DNA from: the human T2T-CHM13v2.0 reference genome, Homo sapiens
Length of the DNA: 64,000 bases
NCBI RefSeq assembly: GCF_009914755.1
Contig: NC_060928.1
Reading direction: 5' to 3' (one strand)
Shown here: positions 1-14,016 of the stretch, piece by piece
Layout: each line of letters starts with the position of its first letter
Position numbering within the stretch: the first letter of the stretch is position 1
The notes under the pieces: model-generated
What the model saw: only the letters and a program-made list of their open reading frames with translations
Databases searched by the model: none
Told to the model about the DNA's origin: nothing
Made by a program: the position numbers and the translations under genes

Positions 1-221
1 AATTCTTCCACTTCACCAGAATCTTCTCAGTCTCCCTCACCATGCTAAGTTGAGAACCCTTCTCAACTTACCCAGTTTAGAATCCGTAAGTTATTACTAA
101 ACTCACTCTCCTGCAAACATTCTCATCCTCCTTGCCTCTCGCTTACTTCATCATACACAGTGAGCAGCATCCCAACTCTTCCCTTGCACTCTTGCAGTTG
201 TACATGTTTAAAAGAAAACAC

Positions 222-520
222 GGCCAGGCATGGTGGCTTACACCTGTAATCTGAACAACTGGGGAGGCAGAGACAAGCAGATCCCTTGAGTCCAGGATTT
301 CGAGACCAGCCTGGCCAACATGGTGAAACTCTGTCTCTACGAAAAATACAAAAAGTTAGCTAGGCAAGGTGGCAGGTGCCTGTAGTCCCAGCTACTGGGA
401 GGCTGAGGTGGGAGGATCACTTGAGCCTAGGAGGCAGAAGTGGCAGTGAGCCAAGATCAGCACTGCACTCCCGCATGGGTGACAGAGCCACATCCTATGT
501 CAAAAGAGAGAATAATAAAT
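222..520 (+). mobile_element. Alu SINE, old (AluJ-like)
   Basis: GGCCAGGCATGGTGGC start, A-rich linker (aaaaatacaaaaagttagc), right arm with J-type 'gaggatcacttgagcctagg', degenerate A tail. Confidence 0.93.
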
Positions 521-599
521 GCAAAAACAAATCCCCCACATGATGTGAATATTTTGTCTCACTTTAAACTAATAACTAGTAAATTCAAGTGGGCCCTGA

Positions 600-870
600 A
601 CTCATGCATTATTTTCCTGCAACACTGACTCTTCACTCTCTCAAAGTACACTTCCCTTTAGTAATAATACATCAGCCTGAACTCCTGACTTCCTCATTCC
701 CTAAATGGGTCTCTCCTTCATTCTTCTCCATCTCACTTATTTGCAACTCCATCATTCTAGTTGCTCAAGCAAAACTCCTGGAGCCATCTTTGACTCCTCT
801 TTATTTTCACAGTCTAAGGCAGAAGTGGTGGCTCTTTCTTCAAAATATCTTGTGTATGCATCACTTACTA
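600..870 (+). mobile_element. L2 LINE fragment (continues after the MST insertion at ~1689-1830 and ~1990-2120)
   Basis: L2-like 'ctccatcattctagttgctcaagcaaaactcctggagccatctttgactcctct...ttcaaaatat'; boundaries approximate. Confidence 0.7.
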
Positions 871-872
871 TA

Positions 873-1271
873 AGCTGTGACTAAGCCCTTGGGAGCCCAC
901 TTCTGGCATCAGTGTGCATTGGATGTTGGACATGGAATCAAAGGAGATTATTTTGAAGCTTTAAGGTTTAATGACTAACCTGCGGTGTTTTGGACTTGCA
1001 TGGGGCCTACAGTCTCTCTTTTTTGGCCAATTTCTCCTTTTTGGAATGGGAGTATTTATCCAATGTCTATGCCCTCATTGTATCTTGGAAGTAACCAATT
1101 TGTGTTTTATTTTACAGGCTCATAGGTGGAAGAGATTAGCTTTACTCAGATGAGACTTTGGAATTTGAGTTAATGCTGGAACAGGTGAAGAATTGGGGGG
1201 TTACTGGGAAGGCACAATTGTATTTAGAAATGTGAGAAGGACATGAGATTTGGGAGAGGCCAGAGGCAGAA
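873..1271 (+). mobile_element. MST-int (ERVL-MaLR internal) 3' fragment
   Basis: Homologous to 12190-12581 of the full-length element (catggaatcaaaggagattattt..., aaatgtgagaaggacatgag, purine-rich tract before the LTR). Confidence 0.88.
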
Positions 1272-1688
1272 TGATATAGTTTGGATGCATGTCCCTGCCA
1301 AAATCTCATATTGAGATGTAATCCCCTATGCTAGGGGGAGAGCCTGGTGGGAGTTGATTGGACCATGGGGGTGGATTTCTCATGAATGGTTTAACACCAT
1401 CCGCCTTGATGCTGTCTTCACAATAGTGAGTGTGCTCTCTTGAGGTATGGCTGTTTAAAAGTGTATGCATCTTCCAGCTTTGCTCTCTTGATCCTGCTTT
1501 CTCCGTGTGATGAGCCTGCTCCCCCTCTGCTTTCTGCCATGATTTGAAGCTTCCTGAGGCCTCCCCAGAAGCAGACCCCACTGTGCTTCCCTTACAGTCT
1601 GCAGAACTGTGAGCCAATTAACCTTTTTTTCTTATAATTAAGCAGTCTCATGCATTTCTTTGTAGCAACGTGAGAACAAACTAATACA
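1272..1688 (+). mobile_element. MSTB-like ERVL-MaLR LTR
   Basis: TGATATAGTTTGGATG...CTAATACA termini; 'gaagcttcctgaggcctccccagaagcaga', 'gtgagccaatta'. Confidence 0.9.
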
Positions 1689-2582
1689 CCTCCTTTGCCA
1701 CCAATCTGGACTAAGCCATTGTCATCTCTCATCTGTTATTGCAACAGCTTCCTCACAGGTCTCCCTGACTCAAATCTTGTCCTTGACCCCTCAGTATTTT
1801 CTCAGAAAAAGCAACTAGAGTGATCCTTTTCTCCTATTACCTTAACTACATAGTAAAATATACAGAAGGTGATAAAGTTATATGGAGAATAATCAGGGTA
1901 CAGGAAAATATATATCACATACAAGGAAGGGTTGAAACTTCAGGTGATTATGAAAGTCCAAATTGAGAATGCAATATTTAAGTTGAAATTTCTTTATTTT
2001 GCTATTGTCTGTCTCCTTCTACTAGAACCTAAGGTCTGTGATGGCAAGCATTTTGGTCTGTTTTGTTTACTACTGTATCACCAGAACTGAAAACTTCATT
2101 CCTTCAACAAGTGCTCCATAGGCACAGGAAAGGGATGACCAAGACAGAAAGCCTTCTCTCCTTTTTTGAACATAAAATCAGTAAACGTGTTGGGGAAGGG
2201 AAGAGAGTGACAGGCTTAAAAAATGTTATGTCTTTGATAACATTTTATATTCAATGAAAACTAGTTACAAAAAGATTAATTTTTATTTATAAAGGGTGAC
2301 AAGCATCCAATTGATGCTATAAGCATAGCATTAACTACATGTTAATAATTTTAGAATGTGTGAAATGTTGTTGTTATTGCAGATGTGGGTTGCTCATTTG
2401 ATATTGTGTACCAGGTTCCTCTTAAGTTAGTGAAGCAAAAAAATAGGAAAGGAAATAAGAAGTGATCAAGAAAGATGTAAGTTAGAAAATACAGCCTATG
2501 ACTTTTTTCAACGAATTAGTGCTTATGAGAAAAATGAGAAAACTAGGTTAACTGGGTAGGTGAGCTAAAAGATTGAATTCTC

Positions 2583-2880
2583 GGCCAGGCGTGGTGGCTC
2601 ATGCCTGTAATCCCAGCACTTTGGGAGGCCGAGGTAGGTGGATCACGAGATCAGGAGTTCAAGACCAGCCTGGCCAGCATAGCGAAACCCCATCTCTACT
2701 AAAAGTACAAAAATTAGCCGGGCATGGTGGCACACACCTGTATTCTCAGCTACTTGGGAGGCTGAGGCAGGAGAATTGTTGAACCCAGGAGGTGGAGGTT
2801 GCAGTGAGCTGAGATCGCACCATTGCACTCCAGCCTGGGCAACAGAGCAAGAGTTCGTCTCAAAAAAAGAAAAAAAAAAA
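2583..2880 (+). mobile_element. Alu SINE (AluS, Sg-like)
   Basis: Full dimer with poly(A); TSD aaaaga(t/c)tgaattctc at 2567-2582 and 2877-2892. Confidence 0.97.
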
Positions 2881-5187
2881 GACTGAATTCTCAAGGACTA
2901 GAAAGGTAAGAGAGAAACACAACTGGAAAAAATGTGAAATACTATCTTTACTTAATAATATAACCACAATTTTTAAACCTTGTAGAGCTAGAGCTGAGAT
3001 AGTATTTTCTAAAGACCAGTAATACTATTAAAATTACATTGACTATTTTATGTGCACCATATATAATATATGACAAAAGAATAAAGGAAATATTCACAAT
3101 AAGTAAACATAGAATTTAATTAAGGGAGTAGGCACAAAAAATTAAAATTTTTCCATTTCCTCTTTATGGTTATTTTCAAAATGAAGCACAATAAAAGCAT
3201 ATTAGACTAATAATTGAAACAATTTACTCTAATTAGATTTAATGATTTTTGGAGCTATTTCATAATGTTACCCCTAGAGTATAAACCTAATAACTCCCAT
3301 ATATATTTTTATCTTTCTGATTATGAAAGTAGTATTACTCATTGTAAAAACATTAGACAGTATGGAAATGTTTGATTTGAAAAGTAAAATCCCTTGATAA
3401 CTCAAAGATACTTTTTAAAACAATTTTATTTATCTTAATTTGGAAATTGTTATACTTTAACATCAAAGCAAGGCTTTGTGCAGGCTGATATGGAGAATGC
3501 AAAGATTAAAAAAGGACAAGGAGAGTTATAGACCCTAGCAGATGGTAGGTATCACTCATATTATAGTGAAAGGCCACAATGAGGGATATAAATTTCTATG
3601 AAATATAGAAGAAGGAGAAATAACTTTAGGTGGGGAACATCATAAAAAATTCACTGAATATAAAGCACTTGGAATTTACTCTGAAGGATGGATATATGTG
3701 TCTGCTGTCTCAGAATACTCATTACCCCAGAATATAAAATAATCAATCTTAGCAGCTTTGGCAGTGAGTCTGATAGTGGAGGACAGCTACTCAAACTATG
3801 CCATACAAATAAAGGGATTTCTCAGGCATCTCAGCCTCTTCCCTGAGTGTGACAATTGGGTTTGGAATTGTTAAAACAAGAGAGGTCTCACCCAGTTTAG
3901 TGAGATAAGCTAAATCAATGCTTGGGATCAGAATGTGACAAATTGTGTTTGTACCCAGAATAGGATGAACACTGATAAGTGAAGGATGCACGAGAATATT
4001 TATGTGCAAAGAATAGCAGGAGAAAGACACTTGGCAGTGGACAGGCACAGGAGGGATCGAGTTTTAAGAAATCCCACCTGGTCAGTCTTTCAGGGAACTG
4101 GGAACTGAATAGTTGGAATGAAGTGGGATACGATGTTTTAGGAAGAATCAAGGGCTGAGGAGAATTTATCACATATTAGATAATTAGATCCAACAAAGCT
4201 TGTAGATTAGATTAGAGATGACCATTACTGTTTCTAAGGGTAAATAATCTGGCAGTTGTAGATTTAGAGTTTTACATTTATTGAACTACATGTATTCATA
4301 ATGTTAACAAAATGGATAAATATGGAAAGACAGGCAAATGATATAATCATACAATAAAAGAAGAAAACATTTTAAAAAACTGTCAACCTTGGCGAAGTAC
4401 AAAATAATCTAATCACATTTATACCCATGAAATTCACAGCATTTTAAAACATCAATTTAAAAAAAAACCTTTAAATACGTGAGTCTTACCCACGAAATTA
4501 AAAAAAAAAACTGCAAAATTTTAAAACATGAGTGCATAGAATACATTTGCAGCCATAGAAATGTACAAACATTTTAAGCATATAATCTAACAGAGGATAT
4601 GCAGAATTGAGCACTCCCAAATTTGAGGATTGAAGTATTAATTGAAGAAAACTTCTGGAGGATAATTTAGTGGGGGGTCATAAAAATAAAATGTGTTTTT
4701 TGTTTGACCTGTTCAGCTTGTCTCTTGAATTTGGATATATATAAATTTTATAGTCATGGGCAAAGAAACCAAGATGTCATTTCCTTTTAAGAAGAAAAAT
4801 TGAAAAAAAAAAAGCTTATCAAGTGTTCAGATATGATTCAAGCTTCTGGCTCAAGTTTATTCCTGAGGCCGGAATCAATTCTGCTCTTTGAGTTCTATGA
4901 GATATTCCTTAATGCTTATACAAGAAAGTCTTTCAAAACCTTCCAAAAGATAGTTTCCGGGACATTTTTTCCTTGCAATTCAAGAATCAAACAAACAAAA
5001 AAGTCAAAAACGTCAAAAATATTATTTTAATTGTTAAACTAATAAGCCCTGGAGGAAGACCAGTTGTTCAAAATCTTCTGCCTCACTTACCAGCTGCTCT
5101 AAACCTGAGCATCTTCATCAGAGAAATGAGAGTCATTATCATTCCTATTCCAGTTTCTGTGAGCATTGCAGGAGTTCAAACATCATA

Positions 5188-5531
5188 GCAGTGCTTTCCT
5201 TCTGGAAGCTCTAGGAAAGAATTAGTCCTTGTCTTTTCTAGCTCCCATAGGCTGCCTCCATTCCTTAGCTTGGATTCCCTGCTGTCCCCCTTCCTTCTTC
5301 AAAGAAGGCAGAGTCTTTCTCAAATCACATCACTCTGAAGCTGACTATTCTTCCTCCCTTCCCACATTTAAGGACCCTTATGATTACTATGAGCCTACTC
5401 CAATAATCCATGAAATTTAACATATCATAAGGTCAGCTGATTAGCAACCTTAATTGCTCTTTGACATGTAAGATATTCACAAGTTTGGTAATGTTGGATG
5501 TCTTTGTGAGGCCATTGTTCTGTCTACCACA
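5188..5531 (-). mobile_element. MLT1C/D-like ERVL-MaLR LTR
   Basis: Reverse complement begins TGTGGTAGACAGAACAATGGCC...; contains 'aattaaggttgctaatcagctgacc'. Confidence 0.8.
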
Positions 5532-8500
5532 CTGCTTATAAGATATTTAGATGTCCTCTCAGTAATAGAAACCACAGTGTGTTAAGGTGTCACATGGCCC
5601 TTATTATGTCACCCTGGGGGTATTGGGGCCCAGGGAACTTGTAGAAACGACACTTCTCTGAGTACTGCTATTGTTGTGAGTAATAAACCATCATCTGTTT
5701 TAAACTAGAACTTTTTTCAGTGTTTGTATCGTGATATTCAGCAGCATTAGAGAACCTTCTATAGTTAACAAGAATGCCATTTGCAATGAAATATTTTAGA
5801 GAGGACAGATGTAGGAAAGGAAGAGAAAGAAGAAAGTGCTATAGTGGAAACCTATTTTCTTTGAATTTGTATCTAAATTCTAGAATATTATCTTGAAGTG
5901 CATGACACTTCAGCATTAGAAAACTACTTATGTCACCATTTTCACGACTTCCATAGACCCTACAAGGTCTCAGGGACAGAGAAGCCTAGGTAGCTGTTGA
6001 AAATGACTTATTCTATTTTTAATCAAAGAACAAATTATTTTCAAAATCTAACTATGGGAAATAGCATGGTGATGCACCAGATGAAACTTCATCAGACTCT
6101 AATAATCCCAGAATAATTTTAAAATAAGAGGCATCAGCTCATTTAATCATGAGAATGTCAACATGCAAAGACCACAACATGGTCAGTTCAAAATTTGTTG
6201 TATGTTATTTTATTTAGATCCATCATTGAATAAATGCCATTCCTTTTGTCATGCAGTCATTCACACACACTATGTTCTAGGTAGGACAATTTGCCTTCTC
6301 TTTGCTGCAGTCCAAGTTTCTCCAAGTATATGTCCTAGGAACCTGCATCATCAAATCTTAATTCCTGATTTTTTTAAGCTTCAGCTCTACTATTTCTGTC
6401 ACTTGAAATCAGACCTCATAACTTTCTCCCTGATCATAAAAATTTTTGTCCTGAACTTGACTACCATTACTAAAATTAGTTAAGTAAGAGCATCTTTTTG
6501 ATGTTTTTGACAGGTAGCAAAAAATCCATGTGATTTGAAAAGAGAAATAGAAATGTGAGTGAGCAATGATGTTTATTTTATTTAATGTAATGTGTTATGT
6601 GGAAATTGAGATGTTAACCTCAAAAGAATGACACAGATGCTTCTTTCGTACTCTTTATAAGAAGGTAACATTATTTTCTGTCAGTTAGAATTTTGTTCTT
6701 GAATCATCATTGTTGATAATGAAATATATTCAATGATTTAGTGTTAGCACCGTAACACTAAGAGGATTTTTGAGGCCTTCAAGCAGCCAAAAAGTCTTTG
6801 GTATTAAAATTCATTAACTTAAGCACCAGGGGATGATACTGAATAGGCAAGATTCATGTAAAACTGACACTTTATTTCTTTTTTTATTCAATTTAAAAAA
6901 ACAAATTAAAATTTGCTATTAAATATTCTGCACACAAAATGTTGTTGACTTCCTTTTATGCAAAGCCTTTGGCTAACATTATTTATTTGTCAGTGGGAGG
7001 ACATGAATATGAATACAGTGTTGGCATGATTTGCAACTTGTTTTTTATCCCAATGTCAGATTTTATTTTCTCCTGACTTTCAAAAGCATAAATGAGAGAC
7101 AATTATTATATCAGATATTAGATATCATGAGTCAGTGGGTCAAACACCTTGATTAGTAATATTATTTAAAATATAAATTATAGTCATAATTATAGTCTCA
7201 GGATGCAAAGATTAAACTCAGGTACTCTTCCTATCTGTTTTCATAAAATCTGCACTTCCTTTCACATAATAATTAGTCCATTATCTTGTACTTTTTTATA
7301 CTCTATATAAGATTGTGTACTCTGAGAGCAAACCTACTGCCTTGTGTTGAGGTGAATATATACTAGATGATCAATAAATTTTGAATGAATAAAATTAATT
7401 AAAGGATAAACAGTCCTGTATTTTAAAGGTATTATTTTCAAAATAACTTTAATTTCTCCTGAGGTATTACTTGTGAATAAACATTTCATTTCTTCCTATC
7501 AGTATTCATTATTGCATATGTTCTGAGGAGAGAGAAAAAAACTAAGTAAAAATAGGAACAAAGCTAAAGAGGAGCAGATTAACCTATGTTGCTATGGGAT
7601 TTAAAAGTATTTAGACATCAGATATTTTACAGTATTCTCCTAAGTCTCAACCATATTGTTATTGATTTATATGAAATATTTTCTAGGTCCTTAGAAAAAT
7701 GGTAACTCAAAATGCACACAAAATACTAATAATTTTAAACAATTAGGGAACACAGGATCTCAAGTAATGTTCTCATCACATATTTGTATTCTATTTCATC
7801 ATATGGTATACAACAGGATGAGTTTGATTCCCCAAATATTTCACATCTAAATATACGTATGTAAATATATAGTTGATATTATATATAATAATATTTCTAT
7901 GAGGAGATGGAGGGAAGGCACGCAAATCTACTAGGCTTGCCAAAATATTCCAGTTCTAAAAGAGAACAGGACAGGTTAAAGGAAAACAAAATAAACAGCT
8001 TGAAAAATCAAAGAACTAAAATTAAAGAAGTCAATAAATTGGACCTCTCTTTCATAAGGAAATACATTTTATTTTTTTTCTAGGATATTTTTAAGCTGTC
8101 ATCAGTAATAAATATATATTAACTAAAAATAATTTGAATGCTATTATTTTGTGACTCCATGCCCAGGAATGTGAACAACTGTAAAGATGTAAAGACAAAA
8201 ATACCAATCTCTCTTGTGTTGGGACTTTTCAGTGTTTACAAGGCTAATCTCTAGGCATCTGGCAATGAAGCCATTTTGAGCTCTTACACTTTTTTGAAAA
8301 AGCCCCTAATGTGTTTTAGTGGACTAATGACTGTTTATCTGGAAAACTTAGTAAAAATAGAAAGGTAATTATTTATGGAAAGAACATGCTTTTTATTATT
8401 AATTATTTGAAATACCCAAAAATTCATGCAGACTACTTAGAGTCAATATTTTACCAATTCATGTAAAATGTTAAAACTGGGTAATAGTGCATTTCCATTT

Positions 8501-8934
8501 GCCAACACTCAGCCTTTTGCTGTTGTTTTCATGGCTGTATTTATCTTTCTCTCTCTCTTTCTTTCCTTACCCTCTCCTTTTCTCTCTGCCTTTAGAGTTT
8601 TTGTAGTGAAAGGTCTGCTGGCAAAGAATTTTCTATTATTGTTTTTTTTTTTTTGTTTCTGAAAATCTCTTTGTTCCTTCTTCAATTTTGAAAGTTAATT
8701 TTGCAGACTCTGGTTTGGTATTTTTTTTCTTTTGGCACTTTAAATGTGTCGTTCTATTATCATCAAGCCTTCACTGTTTCTGATGACCACTTAGTCATTA
8801 TTGATATCATTGTTCTCCTTTGTGGAATGTGTAATTTTTCTCTGGACATTCACTGGACTTCTCAGATCTATAACTTGTCTACTTTATCAAGTCTGAAAAA
8901 TTATTGCCATTAATCAAACATTTGGTCTCTGGGT

Positions 8935-9480
8935 TTATTTTTTAAAGCTGCTTTAGATTCATATCAATATTGAGTAGCAGGTACAGAGATTTCTCATATA
9001 CTTGCTGACTCAGCAAATGGATCTCAACACCCCTATTATCGACATCCCCACTAGAGCGGTACATTTATCATAATCAGTGAAGCCATATTGACACATTATA
9101 ATCACACAAAATCTATTGTTTACATTAATATTCACTCTTGGTATACATTTCATGGGTTTTGGGTAAATGTATAATGACATGTCTTCACCATTATAGTATC
9201 ACAAAGAATAGTTTCAATTCTCTAAAAATCCTCTGTGCTCCACCTTTCCATTCCTTCCTTCAGACCCTGGCAACCACTGATCTTGTTACTGACTCCATAG
9301 TTTTGCCTTTTCCAGAATGTCATATAGTTGGAATCATATAATATGTATGTAGCTTAGCTTCTTTCACTTAGTAATGTGGGTTTCAGTTTCCTCCATGTCT
9401 CTTCATAGCTGGATAGCTCATTTCTTTTTAGAGCTAATGAGTACTTCATTGTCGGATGGATCACCACTTATTCATCCATC
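8935..9480 (-). mobile_element. L1MC-type 3' end; older L1M remnant upstream (~8400-8930)
   Basis: 'gtacagagatttctcatata...aatgtataatgacatgt...aaaaatcctctgtgctccacc...ttttgccttttccagaatgtcatatagttggaatcat' is typical antisense L1MC 3'UTR. Confidence 0.8.
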
Positions 9481-9489
9481 CTTTCAGCG

Positions 9490-10103
9490 TTTTTTTTTTT
9501 TTCCCGTCAAGTGTTTTCTTGAAGTGACAGATTTACTTCACTCATTATTGAAAATATATGCTCCAAAAGCCCAATTCTGAATAACCATGGCTTTCTTTCA
9601 GTCATTATTTCATATAACATTGTTATTCTGTGACAAAATGTGGCCAGTTCTGTCTTCAGCTCAATCATACAAGTGCTTTCCCTTCAGACAACCATTTTAC
9701 TCTATTTTGCAGCAGAATGTTTTTATGCGTCCTTCTGATTTCTTTATGCAGATAATTCAAAAGCATACTCATGAGTTGAGGCTAATAAAATTAATACATT
9801 TTACTACTTTGTCAAGGACATTCTGAAGTGAAACTGTTATTTTATACCGCAGTTTCTGAGCAGTGAAGAATAAAATGACTACAATCATCGTTTGTTGCCA
9901 CTGCCTTGAATTGTGCTAAAGTATTAGAAAGTTTATTCACTGTGTTTTGGTAACATCGCTGCAAATTTTAACATAGTGGAAAAAATGCAAACACATTATT
10001 ATTACAATAATAACATTATTATTTAAAAAATTTGACCTTACTGACCCTCTAGCAGAGTCTTGGGGATCCCAAGGAGTTTATAGATCACACTTTGATGACA
10101 CTG
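9490..10103. mobile_element. hAT-Charlie DNA transposon fragment (Charlie1-like)
   Basis: Terminal 'ttgaccttactgaccctctagcagagtcttggggatcccaaggagtttatagatcacactttgatgacactg' resembles the Charlie1 end; internal 'gccactgccttga..tgtgctaa'. Confidence 0.7.
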
Positions 10104-10601
10104 TTATAGTGATAAATTAGCTCTATTTCCCAAAGACTGATTCATTTAGAGTGTCATGAGCCCCATAGATTCCAAAAAGAGGTTTCCATGTTCTGATTCA
10201 TTGAAACTCTTATACCTACCAGCATCATGCAACCTCTAGGTATCCCCTGAATTCACAGCTCCCTAGGAGCTAAATTTTGCCCTAAACTTATGCATCTTCT
10301 CTATTTGGTCAAAGATGTGAGAACTACCCCATGCTGATTTATGAAGTACTTCCTCCAAGTAGTTAGTTCCCTGATCTTTATCAACCTGATCTGCAAATTT
10401 GGTCACCTCAGCAGCCCTGAATTCTAAGCTTGGAAACCAGGGTTCATCTTCTGGGTTCTACCTGTCTGCATAGTTGTCTGGCACCCGCCTAATCTGATTC
10501 CCTCTAACTCAAAGATTGAGCTGTACAGCTGGTTATCCAGTGCCTGAATATGTTTGTTTCATACATTGTGCCCATTGTTATAGTGGTTTTTGAAGGGAAG
10601 G

Positions 10602-13023
10602 TGATATGGTTTGGCTCTGTGTCCACCAACCCATATCTCATGTCAAATTATAATTCATAATGTTGGGGGAGGGACCTGGTGATTGGATCATGGGGGCAGA
10701 TTTCCCCCTTGTTGTTCTCATGATAGTGAGTTATCATAAGATCTGGTTGTTTAAAAGTGTATAGCACTTCCTCCTTTGTTCTCTCTATTCTGCCACCATG
10801 TGAAGACATGCTTGCCTCCCCTTCAGCCTTCCACCATGATTGTAAGTTTCCTGAGGCCTCCCCAGTCAGTCCCACTGTATAGTCCATGTAACTGTAAGCC
10901 AACTAAACCTCCTTTCTTCATAAATTGCCCACTCTTGGGTAATTCTTTATTGCAGTGTGAGAATTAATACAGAAAATTGGCAAAAGGCATCTGGCAGTGC
11001 TATAAAAATAACTGAAAATGTGGAGGCAACTTTGGAACTGGGTAACAGGCAAAGGTTGGCACAATCTGAGGGGCTCAAAAAAAGACAGAAAGGTGAGGGA
11101 AAGTTTGGAACTTCCTAGAGACTTACTGAATGGTTATGACCAAAATGCTGATAGTGATGTGGGCAGTGAAGTCCAGACTGAGGTGGTCTCAGATGGAGAT
11201 GAGGGACTTATTGGGAACTAGCGTAAAGATCACTCTTGCTGTGCTTTAGCAAAGAGACTGATGGCAGTGTGTCCCTCCTCTAGAGATCTGTGGAACTTTG
11301 AATTTGAGAAAGATGATTTAGGGTAGCTGGTGGAAGAAGTTTCTAAGCAGCAAAGTGTTCAAGAGGTGGCCTAGCTGCTTCCAAATGCCTATGCTCATTC
11401 ACATAAACAAAGAAATGACCTGAAACTAGAGCTTATATTTTAAAAGGAAGCAGAGCATAAAAGTTTGGAAAATTTGCAGCCTGAACATGTGGTAGAAAAG
11501 AAAAACTCATTTTCTGGGTTGCAAATCAAGGTGGCAGAAATTTGCATAATTAAGAGTTGAATTTTAATAGCTGAGACAATGGAGAAAATGTCTCCAGGGC
11601 ATTGCAGAGACCTTCGTGGCAGCCTCTCCCATCACAGGCCTGGAGGCCTAGGAGGAAAAAATGCTTTTTGGAGGGCATGCCCAGGACCCTGCTGCTGTGT
11701 GTAGCCTCAGAGCATGATGCCCTACATCCCAGCTGCTCCAGCTCCAGCAATGACTAAACAGACCAAGGTGCAGCTCAGGCTGTTGCTTCAGTAGTTGCAA
11801 GCCACAAGCCTTGGTGGCTTCCATGTGATGTTGGGCATGCAGGTGCACAGAAGGCAAGAATTGAAGTTTGGGAGCCTCTGCCTAGATTTCAGAGGATTTA
11901 TTAAAAGGCTTGGATGTCAAGGCAGAAGTCTACTGCACAGGCAGAGGCCTCATGGAGAACCTCTACTAGGGCAGTGCACAGGGGAAATGTGGGGTTGGAA
12001 CCCACACAAAGAGCTCCCACTGGGACAGTGCCTAGCGGACGTATGAGAACTGTGCCAATTCTCCAGACTTCACAATGGTACATCCACTGACAGCTTGCAC
12101 CATGCACCTAGAAAAGCTGCAACACTCAACATCAGCCCATTAAAGAAGCCAAGGAGGCTGTACCCTGCAGAGCCACAGGGGTGGAGCTGCCCAAGGTCAT
12201 GACAGCTCAACCCTTGCACCAGGTTGTGAGACATGGAGTAAAAGAAGATTATTTCAAGGCTTAAAGATTTAATGACTGCCCTGCTGCATTTCAAACTTGC
12301 ATGGGGTCTGTAGCCCCTTTCTTTTGGCTGATTTCTCCCTTTTGGAATGGGAGTAATTACCAAATGCCTGTACCTCCATTATATCTTGGAAGTAATTAAT
12401 ATGTTTTTAAATTTTTAAGTTCATAGACAGAAGGGACTTGCACTGTCTCAGAAGAGACTTTGGACTTGGACATTTGAGTTAAGGCTGGAATGAGTTACGA
12501 CTTTGGAGAACTGTTAGGAAGGCATGCTTGTGCTTTGAAATGTGAGAAGGACATGAGTTTTTGGAGGGGCCAGTGATGGAATGATACACTTTGGCTCTGT
12601 GCCCCCACCCAAGTCTCATGTTGAATTGTAGTTCCAAATGTTGAGAGAGGGACCTGGTGGGAGGTGACTGGATCATGGAGGTGAATTTCCTCCTCACCGT
12701 TCTTGTGGTAGTGAGTTTTCATGAGATCTAGTTGTTTAAATGTGTTTAACACTTTTAACACATTAAATGTGTTTAACACTTTTAACACATTAAATGTGTT
12801 TAAATGTGTTTAGCACTTCCCCCTTAATTCTCTCTCTTCTGCTGCCATGGGAAGATGTGTTTGCTTCCTCTTTGCCCTTCTACCATAACTGTAAGTTTCC
12901 TGAGGTCTCCCTGCCATGCCTCCTGTACAGCCTGTGGAACCATGAGCCAATTAAACCTCTTTTCTTCATATATTACCCAGTCTCAAGTAGTCATTTATAG
13001 CAGGGTGAGAATAGACTAATACA
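10602..13023 (+). mobile_element. Full-length ERVL-MaLR provirus (MSTA/THE1D-type): 5' LTR 10602-10971, internal 10972-12581, 3' LTR 12582-13023
   Basis: Two TG...CA LTRs in the same orientation, ~1.6-kb MaLR internal region, exact 5-bp TSD GAAGG at 10597-10601 and 13024-13028. Confidence 0.96.
11018..11221 (+). pseudogene. Disrupted MaLR internal (gag-derived) ORF remnant
   Basis: Peptide ...ESLELPRDLLNGYDQNADSD..EVVSDGDEGLIGN resembles the THE1/MST-int ORF; it ends at a premature stop. Confidence 0.65.
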
Positions 13024-13680
13024 GAAGGCTAATCCAATACCAGTCATTCCATCAAAGCCTCCTTTTTTTTAGGTAATTCAACAATTGGACATACCTATAG
13101 CCATTGCCTATTATGTCTTCTAGCAGCTTTATGGGTAGTCTTAGGAAAATATGATCTTGATACTGATCTTGATAAAAATGCATTATGTTTTATTGATTTT
13201 TCTATGTCAATATACACAAAAATAATTCTTTCAATAATGACCACATGAATTTAGAAGTATTTCAGTCTATCAAATGCAAATATTTTTCTTCAGCTAATTA
13301 TATCTCAAGGCTTAGAAACACACTAGTCTTTCTTTTGCCAAAATGCAATTATGAATAACTTTAATTATCAGAGGTAAAGTAGCTGTAGTCTGAGTATGCT
13401 GACTCCCCCACTTCATCATCTTACCAGATTCTGGTCTGAGGAGTTCATTGACCTTTTCCATCTACATGTAAACATTTTCTTTTTTGGTCATTTATTAGTT
13501 ACACAGATCTTCACACCAGGCTGACTTACACTAGCTCCTTACCTATAATGTTCAGATTTGGGACTTTATTATGGAATGGCTACACTTCTTTGGAATTCTT
13601 TGTGACTCTAACATCAATGTACCACCACTCTTATGTTTCTTGGCATACAGACAACTATAAATTCCAAAAACAAGATTTCA

Positions 13681-14016
<336 letters not shown>

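Noticed and set aside
2573-2894. ORFs overlapping Alus (also at 13678, 25614, 34699, 45220, 48319, 53654, 59968)
   Set aside because: Standard Alu-derived translations (e.g. [18 protein letters not shown])
10648-13000. Cluster of ORFs in the MaLR provirus and LTRs (also at 1306 and 16265)
   Set aside because: Short frames from decayed LTR/internal sequence; no intact gag or pol
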